From: Vicinamibacteraceae bacterium
GTDB lineage: Bacteria > Planctomycetota > Phycisphaerae > Phycisphaerales > UBA5793
DNA length: 64,000 bases
Direction of reading: 5' to 3'
NCBI GenBank assembly: GCA_011525805.1
Contig: WYBR01000040.1
Coordinates: 112,407-176,406 of the forward strand
Part shown: one piece after another, positions 9,536-17,462 of the stretch
Layout of the letters: every line of letters starts with the position of its first letter
Position numbering within the stretch: position 1 is the first letter of the stretch
Made by a program: the position numbers and the translations under genes
Notes under the pieces: generated by a model
What the model saw: only the letters and a program-made list of their open reading frames with translations
The model's database searches: none
Told to the model about the DNA's origin: nothing

Positions 9536-9790
9536 TCACGGCGCCCCCGTGAACATCGCCGTCGCATAGTCCACCATCATGTTGATGATCCACGGGATGA
9601 TCGCGATGCCAACGAGGATCATGCCGGCGATCTTGGGAACGAAGGTCAGCGTCTGCTCCTGCACCTGCGTCACCGTCTGGAAGATGGAGACCACCAGGCC
9701 GATGAGCAGGCCGGCGAGGAGGATCGGCGCGGCGAGCATCAGCGCTTGCGCGAGCGCTTCACGAACCAGGTCCACGCCGAGATCCATCAT
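9536..9790 (-). CDS. fliQ: flagellar export apparatus protein FliQ
   Basis: Last 84 codons of ORF 9536..10492 (MMDLGVDLVREALAQALMLAAPILLAGLLIGLVVSIFQTVTQVQEQTLTFVPKIAG...). The upstream part of that ORF overlaps fliP in another frame. Confidence 0.9.
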   Translation of the reverse strand: MMDLGVDLVREALAQALMLAAPILLAGLLIGLVVSIFQTVTQVQEQTLTFVPKIAGMILVGIAIIPWIINMMVDYATAMFTGAP

Positions 9791-9849
9791 GGAGCGCCTC
9801 CTGAGAGCATCCCACGAATCGCAGAGCCTCATCGTGGGGGTTGACGGTC

Positions 9850-10713
9850 TTATCCGAACCCGGCGCCGAGGGCCATCGCGGCCGCGGAGTACACATCCGT
9901 TCCCGGCGCTGTGCCGTGCAGCAGGTTGCCCACCAGCAGCGTCCAGCCGTCCACGAGCACGAAGAGCAGCAGTTTGAACGGCAGCGAAATGAGCACCGGC
10001 GGCAGCATGAGCATGCCCATCGAGATGAGCAGGCTCGAAACGACCATGTCGATGATCAGAAACGGCAGGTAGATGCGAAAGCCGATGAGAAACGCCACCT
10101 TCAGTTCGCTCAGGATGAACGCGGGCACGAGCGTGAGCATGTCCACGTCGTCGTAGGTCAATTCCTCGGGCCTGGACGTGTCCACTCCCCGGTAGTCGAG
10201 GATCACGTAGACCCCGTCCCAGTTGTCCGCCGCGTCGATTTGCGCGAACATGAAGTCGCGCAGCGGGTCCTTGGCGCGATTCCAGACGTCCAGTTGGCTC
10301 TGCACGTTCTCGTCGCCCTGCGTGTAGGGGACGTACGCCTCGTTGTAGATGCGCGTGAAGGTCGGCTCCATGGCGAGTACGGTCATGAACAGCGCCAATC
10401 CGACGATGACCTGGCTCGGCGGAAGCGTCGCCGTGCCGATCGCCTGCCGCACCAGGCTCAGCACGACGACGAAGCGCGTGAAGCAGGTGCACATCATCAG
10501 GATCGACGGGGCGATCGTCAGCACGGTGAGGAGAATGAGAACATTGAGCGAGGCGCTCAACCCCCCCTCGAAGCCGGGAATGGCCTCCGAGGCGTTTTCG
10601 AGCATGCTCACCGGGTTGAGCGCTGCTTCGCCCGGCTGCGCCAGCGCTGCGCCCGGCGCGAGGGCAGCGCCCGCGATGGCGAAGAACATGAGGAGCCGGT
10701 TGATGCGCCTCAT
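9850..10713 (-). CDS. fliP: flagellar export apparatus protein FliP
   Basis: Signal-like N-terminus, then LNVLILLTVLTIAPSILMMCTCFTRFVVVLSLVRQAIGTATLPPSQVIVGLALFMT. ATGA overlap with the fliO stop. Confidence 0.95.
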   Translation of the reverse strand: MRRINRLLMFFAIAGAALAPGAALAQPGEAALNPVSMLENASEAIPGFEGGLSASLNVLILLTVLTIAPSILMMCTCFTRFVVVLSLVRQAIGTATLPPSQVIVGLALFMTVLAMEPTFTRIYNEAYVPYTQGDENVQSQLDVWNRAKDPLRDFMFAQIDAADNWDGVYVILDYRGVDTSRPEELTYDDVDMLTLVPAFILSELKVAFLIGFRIYLPFLIIDMVVSSLLISMGMLMLPPVLISLPFKLLLFVLVDGWTLLVGNLLHGTAPGTDVYSAAAMALGAGFG

Positions 10714-11450
10714 CGTCCGGCCCCCTGCGTGAAGGCGGCGGCCAGACGCTGCGCGGGCGTACGCGGGGGGCGCCTGGTCAGGTCCACGATGACCGGCGCC
10801 TCGCCCGCGGTCTCTTCCCGCTCCACCACAGGCGTGACGAGGCGCTCGAACTGCCTCGTGAAGGAGTCGCCCCGCTCGTGCCGCAGCCGCTGGAGCAGCG
10901 AGGCGACCTGCTCGGCGTCGGTGATCTCCGAGAGCGTCGAGAGAGAGCCTCCCGACTGGCTCAGCAGCAGGATGCGCCGGTCCACCTTGAGCAGCAGCAG
11001 CGTCTGGCCGCGCGAAAGCGGGAAGCGGCCGAGCACTTCGACGATCCCCGACGGCGCCCGCGCCTTGGCGAGCGGCCCGCCGAACCTCAGCACGGCGCTG
11101 CGCAGCGCGGCGATCAGGCCGAGCACCAGCGCCAGCGCCCCGATCGTCCGCCAGGCGCCGCCAGGAACGCGGAACCAGCCGCGATCGTCCTCCGCCGACG
11201 AGGTCGCGCGCGGCGCCCCCCGTGGCGGAAGGGGGCGCGACGCCTCGGGAGCCGGTTCGTTTGTCTCCTGAGCCGCGCCTGCCTCGGATGGGACCAGTCC
11301 GGACTCGACCGGCTGGTTCGCCGGGAGCGCCTCAGCGCCTTCGGGGCCTGCCGCGGCGATTCGCGCCGGAAGAAGGCCGCCCGCCGCGAGCACGCACAGG
11401 CAAAGCAAGGTATGAATCGATCGGGTCATGCGTCGCCATCCTGGCGTCAT
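10710..11450 (-). CDS. fliO: flagellar biosynthesis protein FliO (extended)
   Basis: Single TM (WRTIGALALVLGLIAALRSAVL) followed by VEVLGRFPLSRGQTLLLLKVDRRILLLSQSGGSLSTL. Positioned between fliN and fliP. Longer than the FliO proteins I know; start uncertain. Confidence 0.75.
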   Translation of the reverse strand: MTPGWRRMTRSIHTLLCLCVLAAGGLLPARIAAAGPEGAEALPANQPVESGLVPSEAGAAQETNEPAPEASRPLPPRGAPRATSSAEDDRGWFRVPGGAWRTIGALALVLGLIAALRSAVLRFGGPLAKARAPSGIVEVLGRFPLSRGQTLLLLKVDRRILLLSQSGGSLSTLSEITDAEQVASLLQRLRHERGDSFTRQFERLVTPVVEREETAGEAPVIVDLTRRPPRTPAQRLAAAFTQGAGR

Positions 11451-11502
11451 GCGGCCTCGAGGCCGCGCTGCCCGGCTCCGCCGGACAGGGTTGCTGCTTC
11501 AC

Positions 11503-12048
11503 TCAGTTCTCACCGCCCTCATCGCCGCGCGAGAAGATTTCGCTGATGCGCACGCAGAAGGTGTCGTTGAGGACGAGCACCTCGCCGCATGCCACGTGCC
11601 GGTCGTTGACGTATACATCGACGGGATCGCCCGCGAGTTTGTCGAGTTCAACCACGCTGCCCTCGTTGAGGCGAAGCACGTCCTCGACGAGCATCCTGGT
11701 CCGGCCCAGTTCAATGCGGACGTTCAGGTTAACCTTCGAGAGCAGGTCGATTCCGCTGACGGGATGATCGACCGACCGGTCGTCAAACTCGGGCAGGTCG
11801 AAGGCCGGCGGGGCGTCCGCGGGCGTCTCCGCGCCGGCGCGGGTGGACTGGGCCTCGCGCTGGATGTCGTCGACGGCGCGGCGCGCCGTCTCAAGCGCCT
11901 CCTGCGGATCGGCGGCGGGCGGCTGCGGCGCGCCGCCCGCGGCGGCGTCGGGAGGCTCGGCGGCTCTCGGAATGGATCGTTCGGAGTTCATGCGCGGCGT
12001 CGGCGGAGCGGCCCATCCCTCGGGTCGCCCCACGCTTATCGGATACAT
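11503..12048 (-). CDS. fliN: flagellar motor switch protein FliN
   Basis: C-terminal SpoA domain VNLNVRIELGRTRMLVEDVLRLNEGSVVELDKLAGDPVDVYVNDRHVACGEVLVLNDTFCVRISEI. N-terminal ~95 aa are low complexity; start uncertain. Confidence 0.9.
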   Translation of the reverse strand: MYPISVGRPEGWAAPPTPRMNSERSIPRAAEPPDAAAGGAPQPPAADPQEALETARRAVDDIQREAQSTRAGAETPADAPPAFDLPEFDDRSVDHPVSGIDLLSKVNLNVRIELGRTRMLVEDVLRLNEGSVVELDKLAGDPVDVYVNDRHVACGEVLVLNDTFCVRISEIFSRGDEGGEN

Positions 12049-12125
12049 CTGCGCGGCCTCTGCAACATCCGCGCACAGCGCAAAAAGTGCCCGAGGCCGC
12101 AGTGCCGGCCGGATCGACCAGGCGG

Positions 12126-12659
12126 TCAGATGCCCGCCCGGTAGGGAGTCACGCCTTCGAGCAGAATCGTGTCGAGCAGGCTCTCGCCGGACTTGGGATC
12201 ACGGGGCATGATCTCCTTGAGCGCCTCCTCCGCCTGGCGCGTGAGCGTGCTGAGCAGCGGCTCGTTGAAGTGGCGCGGCTCGGCGTTGCGCCACAGCGCC
12301 GCGATCGTCGTCTTGATGAGCGCCTGGTTGCCCGCGACGAAGTCGGCGATGACCTTCTCATGCCGCGCCTTGGCCCGGGCGGTGATCTGCGTGTCGTAGA
12401 GGTACAGCACGCCCTGCTTGCTGTTCGGAAAGCGGTCGTGAACCACGGGGATTTCAACGACGCGATTGAGCGAGGCGTCCTGCTCCGCCTCGAAGCCGCT
12501 GTCCGCCTTCACCGCCGGCGCGCTGGTGAACATCGCCACGCCGATGAGCACGCCCGCCTCGATGAGCATGATCGCCGCGACGATGAGCACGACCTTCAGG
12601 TTCGACTTGCGGCCCACCGGGGCGGGCGCCGCTTCCTTGTCCGTCTTGGATTCCGCCAT
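12126..12659 (-). CDS. fliL: flagellar basal-body-associated protein FliL
   Basis: Single N-terminal TM (LKVVLIVAAIMLIEAGVLIGVAMF) plus a periplasmic domain. Lies downstream of motB. ATG 12659 is preferred because GAGGAGG lies 8 nt upstream. Confidence 0.8.
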   Translation of the reverse strand: MAESKTDKEAAPAPVGRKSNLKVVLIVAAIMLIEAGVLIGVAMFTSAPAVKADSGFEAEQDASLNRVVEIPVVHDRFPNSKQGVLYLYDTQITARAKARHEKVIADFVAGNQALIKTTIAALWRNAEPRHFNEPLLSTLTRQAEEALKEIMPRDPKSGESLLDTILLEGVTPYRAGI

Positions 12660-12663
12660 GGCC

Positions 12664-13437
12664 TCAGCCTCCTCGTGCATTCGCCGGATCGGTGTAGTCG
12701 CTGTCCGGATTGAACTCTTCGATCACGCTGTCGCTCACGATGATTTCGACGCGCCGATTGACCTGGGCCGCGTCCTCGCGCCGGGCGCGGACGTTGATCG
12801 GCTCGTGATCGGCGCAGGACTCGACGCGGAACAGTTCGCGCTTCATCCCGACCTCCTCGGTCAGGAAGAGCATGACCGCCTCCGCGCGCGCGTAGCCAAG
12901 TTGGTAGAGGTTCGTCCACGGGGCCGAGGGCGAGAGGCGCTTGGCGTCGGCATGCCCGCGGATGAAGATGCGGTTCCTTCGCCCGTCGATGAGGCGGGCG
13001 ATGGCGCGGAGTTCCTCCTTGACCTCATCCTTGAGGAAGGCGGATTCGCGGTCGAAGGTGCTCGCGCCGCCGAGGGTGAACATCAGCCCCTCGCGAACGG
13101 TCTGGACGGTCGTGTACTTGCCCTGCACCCCCTCGACGTCGCTCTGGCTGACGGCCTTGCGCGGGTCGTGAGCGCTGGCGGCCTTGGTGAGCATCGTCAC
13201 GACCGACTGCATCGAGGGCTGGTCGGTGGGGATGCTCCCGCCGCTGCCCTGCGTGAAGCCGAAGGCCTGCATCACGCTGTGCGCCACCACGGTGTACTCC
13301 TCCTCGCGCTTGAGTTCGGAGAACGCCGCGAGGAGGATGAAGAAGCACAGCAGCAGCGACATCATGTCGCCGTAGGTGACGATCCAGCCGGGAACGCCCT
13401 CGGGGCAGGGTGTGGATTTGCACTTGCACTTGGCCAT
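12664..13437 (-). CDS. motB: flagellar stator protein MotB
   Basis: WIVTYGDMMSLLLCFFILLAAFS TM/plug region and an OmpA-like C-terminus (IFIRGHADAKRL, YQLGYARAEAVMLFL). Start set at MAKCKCK (13437). Confidence 0.9.
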   Translation of the reverse strand: MAKCKCKSTPCPEGVPGWIVTYGDMMSLLLCFFILLAAFSELKREEEYTVVAHSVMQAFGFTQGSGGSIPTDQPSMQSVVTMLTKAASAHDPRKAVSQSDVEGVQGKYTTVQTVREGLMFTLGGASTFDRESAFLKDEVKEELRAIARLIDGRRNRIFIRGHADAKRLSPSAPWTNLYQLGYARAEAVMLFLTEEVGMKRELFRVESCADHEPINVRARREDAAQVNRRVEIIVSDSVIEEFNPDSDYTDPANARGG

Positions 13438-13500
13438 GCTCGCACCTGTCTCAGCCCGCGCCGCGCCTGGGCGCCGGGGTCGCTGCCTCATGCCGTCGGT

Positions 13501-14283
13501 TCATGCCGCCTTCCGCGCCTCATCGGGCGCGGGTCGCCTGGAGGGCGGCACGAAAGTGAGCAGTTTCTGCTCGACGATGCGCGGGTTGTCGCCCTGCTGG
13601 ATGCTCATGACCCCGCGGATGATGATCGCCTTCGTGAACGCCTCCTCGCCGGCGCGGAGGGCGAGTTTGTCCGCCATGGGCAGGCAGACGAGGTTCGCGA
13701 TCAGCGCGCCGTAGAGGGTGGTGAGCAGGGCGACGGCCATGCCCGGGCCGATCTTCGAGGGATCATCCATGTTCTGGAGCATGGCGACCAGACCCAGGAG
13801 CGTGCCGATCATCCCGAAGGCCGGGGCGTACTTGGCGTAGGCGTCGAGCAGCGCCTTGCCCTGCTGGTGCCGCGCCACCTCGTTCTCCACCTCCGACTCG
13901 AGGATCGACTCGATGAGTTCCGGGTCCGTCCCGTCCACCGCCATGCCGATGGCGCGGACGATGAAGGGATCGCCCATCTGGCTCGTCATGCTCTCGAGGC
14001 TCAGAATGCCGTCGCGTCGGGCGATCTCGGCATAACTGACCAGTTTCTTGATGAGTTCGCCGGGATCCTGGGGCTTGGCGAAGATCGTCTTCGTCAGCAC
14101 CTTTGGCAGGCGCTTGAGCGACGCGATCGGGAATGAGATGATGACGGCGCAGAAGCCGCCGAAGATGACGAGAATGACCGAAGGCACGTCGAAGTAGGCG
14201 CGCAGCGCGTTCCCGCCGACGACGACGCTGAGGATCGTGAGCGTCCAGCCCACGATGAGCCCGAAGATCGTTGCGATGTCCAC
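13501..14283 (-). CDS. motA: flagellar stator protein MotA
   Basis: MDIATIFGLIVGWTLTILSVVVGG N-terminus, four TM segments, and PAFGMIGTLLGLVAMLQNM. GTG start with GGGAGG 9 nt upstream. Confidence 0.95.
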   Translation of the reverse strand: MDIATIFGLIVGWTLTILSVVVGGNALRAYFDVPSVILVIFGGFCAVIISFPIASLKRLPKVLTKTIFAKPQDPGELIKKLVSYAEIARRDGILSLESMTSQMGDPFIVRAIGMAVDGTDPELIESILESEVENEVARHQQGKALLDAYAKYAPAFGMIGTLLGLVAMLQNMDDPSKIGPGMAVALLTTLYGALIANLVCLPMADKLALRAGEEAFTKAIIIRGVMSIQQGDNPRIVEQKLLTFVPPSRRPAPDEARKAA

Positions 14284-14355
14284 CTCTGGGCCTCCCGTTC
14301 GTCGCGAAACCGCGCGCGGATCGCGCGCTCCCGCCGCGCGGCGGGCCTGCGGGTG

Positions 14356-14383
14356 CTATCGACCCGCGAACGCGACGACTTGA
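14356..14383 (-). promoter_or_regulatory. candidate sigma-28-type promoter upstream of motA (TCAA-N16-GTCGATAG)
   Basis: Minus strand reads CTCAAGTcgtcgcgttcgcggGTCGATAGC in the 151-nt flbD-motA gap. Compared with TAAA-N15-GCCGATAA, the -10 matches 6/8 and the -35 matches 3/4. Spacing is 16. The -10 ends 73 nt upstream of the motA GTG. Confidence 0.3.
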
Positions 14384-14434
14384 GTCCCATACTCCCGCCG
14401 CAGCCGCGGCGGCGCATCCTCCTTCGGCCGACGC

Positions 14435-14635
14435 TCAGTCCAGCGCCGGAAACGGAGAGCGCAGGCGCCGGCCGTACTCGATCGCCAGTTCGACCACCTC
14501 GTCCATCGGCTCGCGCACGATGATGTGGTCGCCGTTGGTCAGCATGATCGTGGTGTCGGGATTCTCCTCGATCGTCCGGATGAGTTCGGCGTTGAGGACG
14601 AATCGCTTGTTGTTGAGCCTCGTGAGGAGAATCAT
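14435..14635 (-). CDS. flbD: flagellar protein FlbD
   Basis: 66 aa, MILLTRLNNKRFVLNAELIRTIEENPDTTIMLTNGDHIIVREPMDEVV. Typical FlbD sequence and position between flgE and motA. Confidence 0.9.
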   Translation of the reverse strand: MILLTRLNNKRFVLNAELIRTIEENPDTTIMLTNGDHIIVREPMDEVVELAIEYGRRLRSPFPALD

Positions 14636-14665
14636 GGCCTGCCTCCGGACGGATCGCCCGCCGCG

Positions 14666-16384
14666 TTATCGGCCGATGAGCAGCAGTTGCTGCATCAGGT
14701 CGTTGGCCGTGGTGATAATCCGCGTTGAGGCCGAGTACCCCGTCGAGGCAAGGATGAGGTTGATGAACTCGGCGCTGAGGTCGACGTTCGAGAGTTCGAG
14801 CGCGCTGCTGATGATGCGCCCGGCGCCGAAGGTCAGCGGAGTGCCGACGACGGGCGAGCCGGAGTTGGGCCCGAGCGCGAAGAGTTGGTTGCCCGAGTCC
14901 ACGAGGCCCTCGGGGTTCGTAAAGGTCGCCATCGCCACCTGCCCGAGGTTGCGGATCAGGCCGTTGCTGAACGCGCCGACGACGATCCCGTCCTCACCGA
15001 TGTTGAACTCGACGAGCGTGCCGATCGGCGAGCCGTCCTGGAACACCGCCGCGAGTTCCGTGTTCGTGTCGCTGAAGGCCGTCACCGAGTTGCCGTTCGA
15101 GTCGAATGACAGCGTCATCGTCAGCGGCGTCTGCGCCCCCGTGCCCGATCGATCGATCGCAATGTTGAAGTCGGCGATGGAACTGATGCGACCGTCGGTG
15201 CCGAAGTCGAGCGTGCCCGTGGCCACGCGCACGTCGCCGCCGACGTTGTCGGGCGATTCGACGTAGTACCGCCACGTCGTTCCCGTCGACGACGTCGATT
15301 CGAGCACCATCGTCAGGTCCACCTGCAGCGGCGTGCCGAGCGAATCAAAGACGAGGAAGGACGTCCGCACGGACTCGCCGGCGGCCAGTCCCGACTTCGT
15401 CGTAGTGAAGGGCTGATCGACGACCGCCCCGGCCGAGTCGAGGATCGTCAGGTCGCTCGAATCGACCGTGAGTTCGCTCGCGGTTCCCATGTTGCCTTCG
15501 ATGGTGATAACGCCGGTGGTCGGGTCGATCGATACGCCGCCGGGCTGCGTCGGTTCGGAGGTGTCGATGCCCAGGGCCTGCTCGAGGAAGGTCATGAAGT
15601 CGGCGATGGTCGTGGTGTTGTCCACCGCCAGCGTGGCGTCAGGGAGCGTTGCGCCTCCCTTCTCGGCGCCCGAGAGCAGCAGACTCTGCCCCGAGGTGAA
15701 CAGCGGGCTTCCCGAGCCGTTGTCGAGATCGACCAGGCGAGTCGTCGAGTCGGAGAAGGGCGGATTGGCCGGCGGAGGCGCCGCGGTGCCCAGCGCCAGC
15801 AGCGCGGCGAAGTCGATGAGCGTGCCGACGGTGCCGACGTCGCCCGAGGCGTTGAGGTTGCCGCTGAAGGAGACGTTGCGCGTCGCTTCGGCGATCGTCA
15901 GGCTGCCCACGGGAATCGTGAGGTCCGTCAGCGCGCCGGTCTGAATGTTGAACTGGCTGTCGATGCCGTAGCCCTGCACCCGCGCGCCGCTGAGCGAGAC
16001 GAGTTCGTTGACGCTGTTGAGTTGAAACGAGCCGTTGCGCGTGAAGAACTGCTCGGAGCCGGCGCGGACAACGAAGAAGCCCTCGCCCTCGATGGCGAGG
16101 TCGGTCTTGACGCCGGTGACGGTGACGGCGCCGTTGCCCATGTTGCGCTGCGTGCCGGCGACGTTGACGCCCAAGCCGATCTGCGACGGATTCGCTCCGC
16201 CGCTTTGCGTCGAAGGCGCGGTGCCGATTCCCAGCGTGCGGCTGAAGGTCGGCGCAAAGGTCAGCCGGTTCGACTTGTACCCCTGCGTGTTGACGTTCGA
16301 GATGTTGTTGCCGATCACGTCGAGCATCTTGCTGTTGGCGAGGATGCCCGAGAGTCCGGTGAAGAGCGCCGTCGTTGATGCCAT
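14666..16384 (-). CDS. flgE: flagellar hook protein FlgE
   Basis: N-terminal rod/hook motif LFTGLSGILANSKMLDVIGNNISNVNTQGYK and C-terminal LELSNVDLSAEFINLILASTGYSASTRIITTANDLMQQLL. Confidence 0.95.
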   Translation of the reverse strand: MASTTALFTGLSGILANSKMLDVIGNNISNVNTQGYKSNRLTFAPTFSRTLGIGTAPSTQSGGANPSQIGLGVNVAGTQRNMGNGAVTVTGVKTDLAIEGEGFFVVRAGSEQFFTRNGSFQLNSVNELVSLSGARVQGYGIDSQFNIQTGALTDLTIPVGSLTIAEATRNVSFSGNLNASGDVGTVGTLIDFAALLALGTAAPPPANPPFSDSTTRLVDLDNGSGSPLFTSGQSLLLSGAEKGGATLPDATLAVDNTTTIADFMTFLEQALGIDTSEPTQPGGVSIDPTTGVITIEGNMGTASELTVDSSDLTILDSAGAVVDQPFTTTKSGLAAGESVRTSFLVFDSLGTPLQVDLTMVLESTSSTGTTWRYYVESPDNVGGDVRVATGTLDFGTDGRISSIADFNIAIDRSGTGAQTPLTMTLSFDSNGNSVTAFSDTNTELAAVFQDGSPIGTLVEFNIGEDGIVVGAFSNGLIRNLGQVAMATFTNPEGLVDSGNQLFALGPNSGSPVVGTPLTFGAGRIISSALELSNVDLSAEFINLILASTGYSASTRIITTANDLMQQLLLIGR

Positions 16385-16424
16385 GTCTCGTTGCCTCCTT
16401 GAAGGGGGTCGGCCCGCGCGGGCG

Positions 16425-16970
16425 CTACCGGCTCCCGCTGGTTGGTGTCGTCGTCCTCGTCGGCGCCGCCTCTTCGTGCAGGGCGAGCAGGTCCGTCACG
16501 GACCGCGGCGCCACGCCGCCGAGGCGGGCGAGCAGAAGCCGATGCGCCGGCTCGCCGCCGGGTCGGTCGCCCGCACTCGAAACGATGAAGGTGTCGATGT
16601 CCGTCAGAATGCGGTCGCGCTCGCCTTTCGCCTGCACCTCTTCCGTCACCTCGCGGGCGTGGACGTCGAGCAGGAGTGGTCGTCCGTCGAGCAGAACAAG
16701 GGCGTTGCGGGCGTCGAACGCCGCCGCCTCGTCGGCCGCAAGCGCGAGGCGATCACGCTGCGCCGCCGTCAGGTCAAGCCCTCCCGGCAGCGCGACCGGC
16801 AGGTGGCTGCGCGGCACGCTTGACTCGACCAACTCGATGAGCGTGCGGAAGTCCGACTGCTCAAGGCCCGTGCGCCGAGGCGCGCCTCGGCCCGCCCGCA
16901 GCGGCGCATGCGGCGCACCGACCGGCTCGAGTCGTCGCAGGATGTCGGTTCGACCGTTCACGCGTTGCAC
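16425..16970 (-). CDS. flagellar operon protein (family found between flgD and flgE in Bacillus-type clusters)
   Basis: Position between flgD and flgE. C-terminal half (LTAAQRDRLALAADEAAAFDARNALVLLDGRPLLLDVHAREVTEEV...ILTDIDTFIV) resembles my memory of the TIGR02530-type 'flagellar operon protein' pattern. Confidence 0.55.
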   Translation of the reverse strand: MQRVNGRTDILRRLEPVGAPHAPLRAGRGAPRRTGLEQSDFRTLIELVESSVPRSHLPVALPGGLDLTAAQRDRLALAADEAAAFDARNALVLLDGRPLLLDVHAREVTEEVQAKGERDRILTDIDTFIVSSAGDRPGGEPAHRLLLARLGGVAPRSVTDLLALHEEAAPTRTTTPTSGSR

Positions 16971-17017
16971 TCCGGGCGCGGCGCCGCCTCCACTCGTTCA
17001 CTGCCTCGGCCGCGGCG

Positions 17018-17437
17018 CTAGGCCTGCGGCGGCTCGGGCTCGATGATGCTCTCGACCTGGTCCATGGGAACGCGCTCGCCGCTCTGGAGCGTGAGGACGA
17101 TTCGATCGCCTTCAAGCGCCGCGGACTTCACGTACCCCTGCACCGGGAGGAAGGACTCGTCCAGGCCGGTGATCGACTTACCGACGAGCGAGCCGGCGAG
17201 CGCGAACTGGTTCTGGGAGACGAGTTTGCCCAGTTCGGCCATGAGTTTTGAGTTGGACTCGATGCTCCGCACGGTGTTGATCTGGTTAAGCAGGGCCTGC
17301 GTGTCCTGCGGCTTGAGCGGGTCCTGATGGCTCAACTCGGCGAACATGATCTTCATGAAGTCCTCGCTGGTCAGGTCTTCAAAGCGGTTGCGCGAGGGAT
17401 TGTCGAGCGTGCCTGGGCCGGCGGGGTTGATCTGCAT
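17018..17437 (-). CDS. flgD: flagellar hook capping/assembly protein FlgD
   Basis: ORF 17018..17644 trimmed to ATG 17437 (MQINPAGPG). Contains DFMKIMFAELSHQDPLKPQD and a C-terminal beta-rich domain. Confidence 0.9.
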   Translation of the reverse strand: MQINPAGPGTLDNPSRNRFEDLTSEDFMKIMFAELSHQDPLKPQDTQALLNQINTVRSIESNSKLMAELGKLVSQNQFALAGSLVGKSITGLDESFLPVQGYVKSAALEGDRIVLTLQSGERVPMDQVESIIEPEPPQA

Positions 17438-17462
17438 GATGGTGCTCCTGTCGTCGGTGCGT

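Noticed and set aside
13400-13437. Unusual Cys-rich N-terminus of MotB (MAKCKCKSTPCPEG).
   Set aside because: It depends on an uncertain start-codon choice and is too short to interpret. It is noted only as a curiosity.
14666-14673. Exact sigma-28 -10 consensus GCCGATAA on the minus strand, 31 nt upstream of flbD. A similar ACCGATAA lies at the flhG stop (2427..2434).
   Set aside because: Both are produced by the terminal codons (..GR* and ..DR*) of flgE and flhG. No TAAA/TCAA-like -35 lies 15-16 nt upstream. By my rough base-composition estimate, about one chance occurrence of the 8-mer is expected in a window of this size.
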